From Antedon mediterranea (lineage: Eukaryota > Animalia > Echinodermata), in assembly GCF_964355755.1 (NCBI RefSeq), contig NC_092678.1:16659881-16723880 (forward strand): 64,000 nt of DNA, given 5' to 3'. The notes under the pieces were generated by a model. It did not search any database. It was not told where the DNA came from and worked only from the letters and a program-made list of their open reading frames with translations. Shown one piece after another: positions 27,771 to 39,800 of the stretch (positions are counted from its first letter, which is position 1; every line of letters starts with the position of its first letter). Both the position numbers and the translations under genes were made by a program.

Positions 27771-28295
27771 AAGATGAACAGAAATACTATTACTAACGTT
27801 TCAAACAAAAAACATATCTCTACATAACTTATCCTTAGACAGTAATGTTGTATGCAATAACTGATACTTTAAATTGTTTCAATTTCAAGTACTAGTTATT
27901 GCTGTCCCCAAGAACATTTTGATAGAAACGTCAAGCTCAACAGTTCTTTTCAGAATGCTAGAAGTAACTTGCCATGTGTATCCGATTAAACTCCCCAGGC
28001 ATTTATTGTTCAAAGGGGTTTTTAGGGGCAGGGGAGGCATCTTTATTTGTGGTATAATATGGTAATATGTATTTATTTTTTTTTTGGATGCGTATGAAAT
28101 TATGTAAAAAACTAATTTACTGTTTTATGGCATACAGGAAAGGTGAGCATAGACCAGACAATAGAACTAAAAAAATAAAAACTTGAGGTCTAAAAACTAA
28201 ACATGACTAAGAAAAGCGGGACAGAGGCAGTTGGCCTAAGTAGTAAATAAGGTACTTCAGTCCACCCTAGCATTTCATTAATTAATTAATTAGAT

Positions 28296-28452
28296 TAATT
28301 TCCTGTTATTGTAATAATTAAATTATTCCTAATTAATGAAGGTCATTCTTTTCCTGGTTTCGTAATAATTAAATTATTCTTAATTAATGAAGGTCGTTCT
28401 TTTCCTGATTTCGTAATAATTAAATTATTCTTAATTAATGAAGGTCTTTCTT
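28296..28452. repeat. Left subterminal ~51-bp tandem repeat, about 3 copies
   Basis: taattaatgaaggtc.ttcttttcctg.tttcgtaataattaaattattct repeated. Confidence 0.9.
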
Positions 28453-29327
28453 TGTTAGGGGCGTTATTTATTAATATATTTATTTATATTTTAATGGTGT
28501 TTTGCAATGGATTATAAATCGTCCTTGCTGGAGGTTAATTAATCTAATTATTTCGGGTTTCCGTTCTGACCTTTAGTAATTATTTTTTGCTGGTAAAAAT
28601 TTAATTAGCATATCCTACAGATGATCCTTTATTTAATTATTTGTTTTATGGCGCAATTTGTAATTCTTTTGTTTAGTTTTGATTGAAGGGTATGTTTTTA
28701 TCTGGTGTATTATAATTATTGTTTTCTTTTGCAAGGGGTACCCTCCATTGTCCCCTCCATTTTCCCCAATCTTTCTTATCGCATTGTCCATAATGATTGT
28801 ATTGTTATTTCAAGATATATATTTTGACTGTTCAGACTCCCCCAGTCACTTTCAAATCTCCATTACTGACTTAACATCTCATGGTTACCAGTTCAAGTGG
28901 ATTTTGTATAATATATTTTCTACTTTTCTGCGTTCCTGTTTTCGATTTTGTATAATATATTTTCTACTTTTCTGCGTTCCTGTTTTCTAATATTGTAAGT
29001 ACTACTGTTGTTGTCTCGGTATAGTATATTTTTTATTTAGTAATTCTTATTGAGTCGTACTGTCACGTAAAAGGCATTTAATTATCGTTTTTCCTCGGTT
29101 CTTTTAATTATTTTTCGCTGTCTCTTTTTGTCTCTCTAGATCCCTTGCTGTACTCGATTCATTTGTCTCGTTTTTTGGATTTACCAATTTGTTTGGGTGT
29201 ATATTATTTCTATAGCCTAATGTGAGTTTCTTTTTTCTGTTTATTTTCTATTTCGTTATATTAGAGTAGCTCTCAACTTTTTTTATTTTTTTTTCAATTA
29301 ATTTATTGTTATTGTATCGTTGTATAG

Positions 29328-29522
29328 ATGGATATTTCTTACATCCCCACAAGTATGTTAGAAGAGGTGGTTAAGCTCCTCGTCTACGCCGCCTGTAGGC
29401 GGTACATTTTGATGGCAGTGCCTGATTCCACGCTGTGGTATCTGCTAAAGGTTGCCATAGAGGAAATGGAGGAGGAGTTTTACGGGGAGCCTGCGATGTA
29501 TCACCCCTATCCGCCGGCATAA
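29328..29522 (+). CDS. Small ORF or terminal exon of unknown function, unique to the left arm (64 aa)
   Basis: GC-richer island in T-rich DNA, preceded by a pyrimidine tract and AG, oriented inward like all other element genes. No family recognised. Confidence 0.45.
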   Translation: MDISYIPTSMLEEVVKLLVYAACRRYILMAVPDSTLWYLLKVAIEEMEEEFYGEPAMYHPYPPA

Positions 29523-29704
29523 TGCTTGTCGAAGATATCATATTTTTACAGGTTATTTTTGTTCACAAAAAATTTCATCTGGTTTTTATTGTTTTGTATT
29601 TTATATATTTTTTCATTAATTTTTTTTGAGAAATTGATTTTGTAAACAATTGTTTCCAGTTGTTTCCTTTTAATTGTTCAGTGCTTCCCGTTTAGGTATA
29701 ATAA

Positions 29705-29975
29705 ATTATTTTTCTGGCGCGTATTTTTGATTTGTCCTTTCTCCCATCTCTCCATTTTTTCCCTTTGTTGTTTAATTAAGGTGTTTCCTGGGTCCATGTT
29801 TTTCATTTGGTCGAAGGTTATATCTAATGGTCACTGCTGTGGGAAGGTCTTCCTAATTATGTAAGGGTTGTTTGACCAATCTTAATAGCGGACACATTTC
29901 CTAAAGGAAGTTCTAAGTACCTTTGTTTGTTTGTTTTTTAATTTAATTAGTGTCATGGGATGGTATAAAACAACG
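29705..29975 (+). promoter_or_regulatory. Candidate polB promoter (E2F-like site, CCAAT, TATA), mirrored at ~41665-41940 on the minus strand
   Basis: ttttctggcgcg at ~29710, gaccaatc at ~29874 and TATAAAA at 29964, about 70 nt before ATG 30038. All are conserved in the right arm. Confidence 0.5.
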
Positions 29976-30037
29976 TAAGTGTGGATAATTCTTTATTCGC
30001 CTACTGATTATCCAAGACTTATTACTGATTTTTTACA

Positions 30038-33000
30038 ATGGCTCATTACGCATCATCATCATCATCTTCCGATTCTAACGATAGATTGTTTAACGAATGC
30101 CAGAGAGCAGTTGACGCTATCGTTAGCTTATCGCGGAATAATGTAGAAAATATTGATACCCACGATTTTATCCCCGATATTGGACTACTAGAAGATTTCG
30201 TATTTAATGATCAGGACCTTGATTTTGCAGTTAGCCAGAGTGTTTCTGAAGCCGATAGCCTCTTACTTAAATGGATATTTGCAATAATGCTATTGAGATA
30301 GTGCAGGAGCTATCGGCTAATTTGCGTATTGATCACGTAGAAGTAAGTGTTTGTTTAATTTATTTTTTACGTAATATTTATTTTACCGTGTATAATTCTA
30401 AAAAAGTAGATTGTGTGTAACCGAACGTGTGTTTACAGCGTTTTACGGCTTCTTTGTGTTTCTTTCTAATTTATTTATTTATTTATTTTTAAATTTTTTT
30501 GTTTACCGTGTATATCTCATAAAGTGTTTCTGCGTTTACGGTTTATACGCGTTTTCCTTTCTAATTTATCTATTTATTTTTTTCTGTATATAGTACGGTG
30601 TTGGTGCTCACACCAAATGTTTAAGATTGAGAGGAAATGTCGAGATTAATGATTCAGTGGAGTCTTCGATTACTGAGGTAACTATCGTTTTATTTTCTTT
30701 ACTACTGTTGTTGTTGTTGTTGTACCACGTCTTTTATTTCTTTTTCTTTACCGTTTTTCTCTGTTTGTTTTCAGCCTGCACCCATACAATACGGAAGGGG
30801 CGTTAATAGAAAGAGGCTCAGAATCGAAGACGGAGAAGAATTTGCCGATATTGATACTGTTGAAGACGAGAACCTTAATCTGGATGAGGTAGAGTTGAGT
30901 CACTTCTGTAGTATTGTTCAATTAGCTGATAGGTATAATCAACGTTTTAACGCGACTATTAGTGATTTTTTAGTTAATTTTTTTAATGTTGATCATTTAA
31001 GTTTAGAGGTGTTTCTGCCCACACTGTATCGAATTTTCGAGCATGTCGTCGATAATGTCTGCGTTAACGTGCATGTCGACGACATGCTTCGAATAGTCAT
31101 ACAGGCTGAGGGGTTAGATTCACCTATCTCTATCCCTTTTGGACGGAGGGGCCATCTTACGGCTGACGTTATTTTTGCAGCCATTATGAAGGTCCTTCAG
31201 TCCAAAACGGATATTTTTATTAATAACAAGTTTAAATTTAACGTTCTCCACATGAGAATGCCTAGGGGTGGGGGCTATAGAAGAAACGGTATCGACATAT
31301 TGTTAAATGCTAAATGTATAATTAAGATTAAGAATGATGATAACGAAACTATCTGCTGCGCACGCGCTATTGTTACGGGTATTTCTATGCTCGAAGACAA
31401 AATTAACAACGTAACTAGATGGAATAACGTTAGGCAAGGTTGGCGTCAGCAAAAAATAGCCGCCCTTCATTTACTTAGAGATTCGGGGGTTAGGGAGCAG
31501 ACATGTGGCATCGAGGAAATAAAAAAGATGCAATCAAAATTACCAAATTACCAAATTATTGTCATTTCAAAAGACAATTTAAATTCTGTCATTTTTAGCG
31601 GCGATTATAGAAAGAAGCAGATATATCTTTATCACCATTCTAATCATTACGATCTCATAACCACAATGACAGGTTTTCTAAAATTTGACTATTTCTGCGA
31701 TAGATGTCATAAGGGGTATAATCACAAATACCAACACAATTGTCAATTTACGTGCGTGCTGTGTAAGCACAATGACTGCCCCTCTTCTAATTCTTTTGAT
31801 AATAGAGAGAGTAGAATAGAATGTAAAGAATGTAATAGATTTTTTAAGGATAAGCAATGTTTCACCAATCATAAACAATCTCCTGATTCTAAAGTTTCAG
31901 TATGTGGCAAAATTAAAAATTGTTCAACTTGTAATAGGATCGTTCAAAAAGATCACAATTGTCAAAACCGCTTTTGTAGAATTTGTAGGACTTTCGTTTC
32001 ATACGATCATCAATGCTACATGGAACCGGTTGTAGCCCCTAAGCATACTGAAAGAAAGTTTAAGAATCAGGAGACCCGTAACAGAGCTGTCACCAAATAT
32101 TTCTTTTTTGATTTCGAATGCACGCAAGATACAGGCGAACACAAACCAAATTTATGCGTTCTTCAAAAAACTTGTCTTAATTGTATCGACGGTGCTAATG
32201 ATTCCGCCGATTGTGACGTGTGTGGGGATAAAACAGTGGTTTTTCACGGGGGGTCTGCATGCGAAGATTTCTGCAATTACGTTTTCAAAGATTACAAATT
32301 TAACGAAAATAGTACGTGTATCGCTCACAACTTCCAGGGTTATGATAGCTACTTCGTGCTCAACTACCTGTACGAAAACTCCATTGTACCGGATGTAATT
32401 GCTCGCGGTTGTAAACTTATTTCGATTAGGACTAAAGAAACGAGCATTCGATTCATCGATTCCCTTTCATTTCTGCCCATGCCTCTATCCAAATTGCCCA
32501 AAACTTTTGGGATCTCCGAACTTAAAAAGGGTTACTTTCCTCATTATTTTAATTCTTTAGAAAACCAAAATTACGTAGGTCCTTACCCCGATTCTTCAAA
32601 TTATTCCCCCGATAAAATGACTACTTCAGGTCGAGAATCTTTCTTTAAATGGTACAACCAGAAAATTGAAAGTAATCAAATATTTGATCTTAAAAAAGAA
32701 CTCGTCGAGTATTGTATCAGCGATGTAGATATTCTCAGAAAGTGTTGTCTTACTTTTAGACATCTTTTTTTGAAAGTAACTATATCGCCGAAAGACCCTC
32801 TACTCGGCGGTGTTGACCCCTTTTCAAATAATTTAATGACAATTGCCTCAGCGTGTAACCACGTATTTTCTAGAAATTTTTTAAAACCATCCACCATCGC
32901 TCTATTTCCATCATCAGGGTATCTAACAACCGTTAACCATTCTCACTCTAGCATGGAATGGCTGTGCTACGAGTCGCATAAAAGGGGGTCTTTATCCATC

Positions 33001-34693
33001 ATGCCAGAAATGGAGGGGAAAAAATGTTTGGGCCTTACTCCGTCGACGGCGCATGTTTAGAAAACAAAATAATTTTCGAATTTATGGGTTGTTTTTTCCA
33101 CGGGTGCCAAGATTGTTATAGACCCGATTCCATTAATCCCTTCAATAACGAGACCATGTTGGAATGCTTTGTCAAGACAAGCAAGAAAACACGGTTTCTG
33201 AAGGAACAATTTCCAGATTTCGAGTACGTCGAAATTTGGGAACACGAATGGAAACGGATCAAACAATCGTTGGCCCCAAACATTAAATCTATCGTCTCCA
33301 AAGTTCCTTTAATTAGGCAAACTTTGAATCCAAAGACGCGTTTTTCGGTGGGAGGACTAATGCCAGTTGTTTGTTCTATAAGGTAAAACCGGGTGAAGAA
33401 ATTAATTACATAGATTATACTTCCTTGTACCCTTATGTAAATAAATACGGTACCTACCCCGTAGGGCATCCTGAAATCAATGATCGCAACGACATGTCCA
33501 CAGATATCAACGATTATTTCGGCTTGATAAAGTGTACAATCGAAGCGCCTAAAAAATTATTCCATCCGGTCTTACCTTATAGATCAAACGGTAAATTAAT
33601 GTTTGCTCTCTGTAGAACATGCGCCGATTCTCAACAACAAACCGCTTGCAATCATTCCGGTACAGATAGAGAATTTACGGGTTCTTGGGCAACGATCGAA
33701 GTCGCTAAAGCCGTGGAAGTTGGGTACGAGATACGTAAAGTTCACGTAGTATGGCACTTTAAAAATAAAAGCGCGTACTCTGCAGATTCTCCCTCGTCCG
33801 GTATATTTGCCTCTTACATTAACACCTTTTTAAAATTGAAACAAGAAGCTTCGGGTTGGCCTGAATGGTGTAAAACGCCCGAAGATAAACAAAAATACAT
33901 TTCGGACTATCGAACCGTAGAAGGTATCGACTTGAATCATGACGACATTGCGTACAATCCTGGGCTTCGATCTCTGGCCAAATTAATGCTAAATAGTTTT
34001 TGGGGTAAATTTGGCCAGCGTGAAAATCTCACGAAAATTAAATACACGCAAGATCCTAACGAGGTTTACGATATTTTATCGAACCCTGGGATAACCGTTC
34101 ATGACATAAATTTTGTTAATGATGATTTGGCGGAGGTAAAATACGAGGACGAGGAACAATTTGTAGAAGTTAACCGAAAGGTTAACGTTGTCATTGCCGC
34201 ATTTACCACAGCGTTAGCGCGTTTAAAATTGTACGAGCTGTTGGAGCAATTACAGGAGCGCGTCCTGTATTATGATACCGACAGCGTAATCTTCGTATCA
34301 AAACCCAGGGAATGGGACCCTCCCCTGGGCGACTATTTGGGTCAGTTAACGACCGAGGTCGATCCTAAAGATGGTAAATTCATCGAGTCCTTCGTTTCTG
34401 GAGGGCCTAAGAACTACGCCTATAAATTGGATACGGGGAAGACCGTTTGTAAAGTTAAGGGTTTTACCCTTAACTTTACAAACGCTCAGAAAATTAATTT
34501 TGACACCGTCTCCAATATGGTAAGGGGTGTTGGTCCCGATACAATTAAGACGGTTGAGAAGAATCGCATAACGCGCAAGCCAAAAACACGAAAGATAGTC
34601 AACGAAACATCGACTAAAGACTATCGAATCGTGTACGACAAAAGAATTATTATCGAAAATTATCGTACAGTTCTTTACGGGTATGTTTGGTGA
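30038..34693 (+). CDS. polB: Protein-primed family B DNA polymerase (Polinton type), left copy; spliced join(30038-30342,30594-30677,30775-34693); frameshifted as assembled
   Basis: Exonuclease motifs FFDFE, AHNFQGYD and YCISDV; polymerase motifs YIDYTSLYP, KLMLNSFWGK, YYDTDS, KNY and KVKG; OTU-like ICCARAI..HYDLI; Cys clusters; Vsr-like insert VDG..EFMGCFFHGC..WEHEW. Frameshifts near 30265, 32985 and 33333 relative to the right copy. Confidence 0.93.
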
Positions 34694-34879
34694 ATCACGG
34701 CCATAAATTTCTTTTCAAAAATGTAAACATACTTTGTTATAGATAATTATTTGTTACTCTTTATACATTCTTTACCGTACTCTCTCTTTTTTTTTTTTAT
34801 AGTTTGAACAAAATATATTTGTAGTTTTAATGTAAATATTTTTATACCTGTTTTAATATAAATAATTTTTATACCCGTT

Positions 34880-35430
34880 TTTTAAAGTCGAATTTTTGCG
34901 GGGTTAAGTACATATATTTTTAAATATTTTTCCGCTTGATTTTCTTATGTCGATGCCGTTTCTCTTTTTGTAGATTAAGTACATATATTTCGTAATTTTA
35001 ATTTAAATATTTTACCACTTGAATTCTTATGTCGATACCGTTTCTCCTTTTTGTAAATTAAGTAAATATATTTTTCCACTTGAATTTCTTATGTCGATAC
35101 CGTTTCTCTTTTTGTAGATTAAGTAAATATTGTTATAACTGTTTTAATGTTAATAAATTTTATACTTATAAAAATCGATTTTTGTAGGTTAAGCAATATT
35201 GTTGTAATTTTAATTTAAATATTTCTCCACTTGAATTCTTATGTCGATACCGTTTCTCTTTTTGTAGATTAAGTAAATATTGTTATAACTGTTTTAATGT
35301 TAATAAATTTTATACTTATAAAGTCGATTTTTGTAGATTAAGCAATATTTTTGTAATTTTAATTTAAATATTTTTCGACTTGAATTCTTATGTCGATACC
35401 GTTTCTCATTTTGCGGATTAAGCAAATACA
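34880..35430 (+). repeat. Degenerate tandem array downstream of left polB, 5 copies of core tatgtcgataccgtttct
   Basis: Cores start at 34946 (1 mismatch), 35028, 35090, 35240 and 35389. Confidence 0.92.
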
Positions 35431-35637
35431 TGTTTGTAAAGTTATTTTGTTTTATGCGAAATTTGAAATAAATTTAATCACTGTACTTGTTTATAATATA
35501 TATACTTGTCTGTTTCTTAATGTTGACGTAGACGATGATGATAACAACAACAACAACAAAAGACGTACGTAATGGTGACTGTAATTTTTATTTTATCGTA
35601 TCCAATATAAATATTGTAATCTCTCCTCTTTCTTGTT

Positions 35638-36101
35638 CAGTCCAGTCGATCAAGTACCATGCTTTGTTAATTCCTAGCTTCGTACTACATAGAACAAGTT
35701 CCTATAAAAATAATAATAATAAATAAAAGATAATATAGAAATTAACCATGAACTCTGAACGTGGGAAAAAAGACTTGTGTCAATTGACACTTGAACTTGA
35801 CCTCTATACAAGGACGAATAGACTGTGACAATTAACCATGACCTCTGGTCCCAAAAGCATGGGGGTTTCAGTTTTCGACTTCGTCGAAATTTGAGAGCCT
35901 CCCAATAAAACGGTTGACCAGAGGTCATGGTTAATTTCTATATTATCTTTTATTTATTATTATTATTTTTATAGGAACTTGTTCTATGTAGTACGAAGCT
36001 AGGAATTAACAAAGCATGGTACTTGATCGACTGGCTAGTAGGCATTTATAAGGCCTTGCTGGAACGAATTGTTTGGTGACGTTGGATAAATAAAAAATTT
36101 A
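35638..36101. other. Branched imperfect hairpin at the symmetry axis of the element
   Basis: Stem 35642-35750/35926-36034; alternative inner stem 35831-35850/35916-35935; apical TTTCGAC-TTC-GTCGAAA at 35873-35889; side palindrome GTGTCAATTGACAC at 35777-35790; right-arm bulge 36035-36101. Confidence 0.85.
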
Positions 36102-36309
36102 AACAAGAAAGAGGAGAGATTACAATATTTATATTGGATACGATAAAATAAAAATTACAGTCACCATTACGTACGTCTTTTGTTGTTGTTGTTGTTATCA
36201 TCATCGTCTACGTCAACATTAAGAAACAGACAAGTATATATATTATAAACAAGTACAGTGATTAAATTTATTTCAAATTTCGCATAAAACAAAATAACTT
36301 TACAAACAT

Positions 36310-36710
36310 GTATTTGCTTAATCCGCAAAATGAGAAACGGTATCGACATAAGAATTCAAGTCGAAAAATATTTAAATTAAAATTACAAAAATATTGCTTA
36401 ATCTACAAAAATCGACTTTATAAGTATAAAATTTATTAACATTAAAACAGTTATAACAATATTTACTTAATCTACAAAAAGAGAAACGGTATCGACATAA
36501 GAAATTCAAGTGGAAAAATATATTTACTTAATTTACAAAAAGGAGAAACGGTATCGACATAAGAATTCAAGTGGTAAAATATTTAAATTAAAATTACGAA
36601 ATATATGTACTTAATCTACAAAAAGAGAAACGGCATCGACATAAGAAAATCAAGCGGAAAAATATTTAAAAATATATTTACTTAACCCCGCAAAAATTCG
36701 ACTTTAAAAA
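36310..36710 (-). repeat. Mirror tandem array downstream of right polB, 4 core copies
   Basis: agaaacggtatcgacata at 36333, 36482, 36544 and 36626 (1 mismatch); one ~150-bp unit fewer than the left array. Confidence 0.92.
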
Positions 36711-36893
36711 ACGGGTATAAAAATTATTTATATTAAAACAGGTATAAAAATATTTACATTAAAACTACAAATATATTTTGTTCAAACTATAAAAAAAAAA
36801 GAGAGAGTACGGTAAAGAATGTATAAAGAGTAACAAATAATTATCTATAACAAAGTATGTTTACATTTTTGAAAAGAAATTTATGGCCGTGAT

Positions 36894-39800
36894 TCACCAA
36901 ACATACCCGTAAGGAACTGTACGATAATTTTCGATAATAATTCTTTTGTCGTACACGATTCGATAGTCTTTAGTCGATGTTTCGTTGACTATCTTTCGTG
37001 TTTTTGGCTTGCGCGTTATGCGATTCTTCTTAACCGTCTTAATTGTATCGGGACCAACACCCCTTACCATATTGGAGACGGTGTCAAAATTAATTTTCTG
37101 AGCGTTTGTAAAGTTAAGGGTAAAACCCTTAACTTTACAAACGGTCTTCCCCGTATCCAATTTATAGGCGTAGTTCTTAGGCCCCCCGGAAACGAAGGAC
37201 TCGATGAATTTACCATCTTTAGGATCGACCTCGGTCGTTAACTGACCCAAATAGTCGCCCAGGGGAGGGTCCCATTCCCCGGGTTTTGATACGAAGATTA
37301 CGCTGTCGGTATCATAATACAGGACGCGCTCCTGTAATTGCTCCAACAGCTCGTACAATTTTAAACGCGCTAACGCTGTGGTAAATGCGGCAATGACAAC
37401 GTTAACCTTTCGGTTAACTTCTACAAATTGTTCCTCGTCCTCGTATTTTACCTCCGCCAAATCATCATTAACAAAATTTATGTCATGAACGGTTATCCCA
37501 GGGTTCGATAAAATATCGTAAACCTCGTTAGGATCTTGCGTGTATTTAATTTTCGTGAGATTTTCACGCTGGCCAAATTTACCCCAAAAACTATTTAGCA
37601 TTAATTTGGCCAGAGATCGAAGCCCAGGATTGTACGCAATGTCGTCATGATTCAAGTCGATACCTTCTACGGTTCGATAGTCCGAAATGTATTTTTGTTT
37701 ATCTTTGGGCGTTTTACACCATTCAGGCCAACCCGAAGCTTCTTGTTTCAATTTTAAAAAGGTGTTAATGTAAGAGGCAAATATACCGGACGAGGGAGAA
37801 TCTGCAGAGTACGCGCTTTTATTTTTAAAGTGCCATACTACGTGAACTTTACGTATCTCGTACCCAACTTCCACGGCTTTAGCGACTTCGATCGTTGCCC
37901 AAGAACCCGTAAATTCTCTATCTGTACCGGAATGATTGCAAGCGGTTTGTTGTTGAGAATCGGCGCATGTTCTACAGAGAGCAAACATTAATTTACCGTT
38001 TGATCTATAAGGTAAGACCGGATGGAATAATTTTTTAGGCGCTTCGATTGTACACTTTATCAAGCCGAAATAATCGTTGATATCTGTGGACATGTCGTTG
38101 CGATCATTGATTTCAGGATGCCCTACGGGGTAGGTACCGTATTTATTTACATAAGGGTACAAGGAAGTATAATCTATGTAATTAATTTCTTCACCCGGTT
38201 TTACCTTATAGAACAAACAACTGGCATTAGTCCTCCCACCGAAAAACGTGTCTCTTGGATTCAAAGTTTGCCTAATTAAAGGAACTTTGGAGACGATAGA
38301 TTTAATGTTTGGGGCCAACGATTGTTTGATCCGTTTCCATTCGTGTTCCCAAATTTCGACGTACTCGAAATCTGGAAATTGTTCCTTCAGAAACCGTGTT
38401 TTCTTGCTTGTCTTGACAAAGCATTCCAACATGGTCTCGTTATTGAAGGGATTAATGGAATCGGGTCTATAACAATCTTGGCACCCGTGGAAAAAACAAC
38501 CCATAAATTCGAAAATTATTTTGTTTTCTAAACATGCGCCGTCGACGGAGTAAGGCCCAAACATTTTTTCCCCTCCATTTCTGGCATGATGGATAAAGAC
38601 CCCCCTTTTATGCGACTCGTAGCACAGCCATTCCATGCTAGAGTGAGAATGGTTAACGGTTGTTAGATACCCTGATGATGGAAATAGAGCGATGGTGGAT
38701 GGTTTTAAAAAATTTCTAGAAAATACGTGGTTACACGCTGAGGCAATTGTCATTAAATTATTTGAAAAGGGGTCAACACCGCCGAGTAGAGGGTCTTTCG
38801 GCGATATAGTTACTTTAAAAAAAAAGATGTCTAAAAGTAAGACAACACTTTCTGAGAATATCTACATCGCTGATAAAATACTCGACGAGTTCTTTTTAAG
38901 ATCAAATACTTGATTACTTTCAATTTTCTGGTTGTACCATTTAAAGAAAGATTCTCGACCTGAAGTAGTCATTTTATCGGGGGAATAATTTGAAGAATCG
39001 GGGTAAAGACCTACGTAATTTTGGTTTTCTAAAGAATTAAAATAATGAGGAAAGTAACCCTTTTTAAGTTCGGAGATCCCAAAAGTTTTGGGCAATTTGG
39101 ATAGAGGCATGGGCAGAAATGAAAGGGAATCGATGAATCGAATGCTCGTTTCTTTAGTCCTAATCGAAATAAGTTTACAACCGCGAGCAATTACATCCGG
39201 TACAATGGAGTTTTCGTACAGGTAGTTGAGCACGAAGTAGCTATCATAACCATGGAAGTTGTGAGCGATACACGTAATATTTTCGTTAAATTTGTAATCT
39301 TTGAATACGTAATTGCAGAAATCTTCGCATGCAGACTCCCCGTGAAAAACCACTGTTTTATCCCCACACACGTCACAATCGGCGGAATCATTAGCACCGT
39401 CGATACAATTAAGACAAGTTTTTTGAAGAACGCATACATCTGGTTTGTGTTCGCCTGTATCTTGCGTGCATTCGAAATCAAAAAAGAAATATTTGGTGAC
39501 AGCTCTGTTACGGGTCTCCTGATTCTTAAACTTTCTTTCAGTATGCTTAGGGGCTACAACCGGTTCTATGTAGCATTGATGATCGTATGAAACGAAAGTC
39601 CTACAATTTCTACAAAAGCGGTTTTGACAATTGTGATCTTTTTGAACGATCCTATTACAAGTTGAACAATTTTTAATTTTGCTACATACTGAAACTTTAG
39701 AATCAGGAGATTGTTTATGATTGGTGAAACATTGCTTATCCTTAAAAAATCTATTACATTCTTTACATTCTATTCTACTCTCTCTATTATCAAAAGAATT

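Noticed and set aside
34880-35430. Repeat array read as a CRISPR array
   Set aside because: The intervening sequences are themselves repeated and irregular in length, no cas genes are present, and the context is eukaryotic.
35390-36349. Identical 60-aa ORFs on opposite strands near the centre
   Set aside because: A by-product of the inverted repeat; they start inside the repeat core and include an (AAC)n tract.
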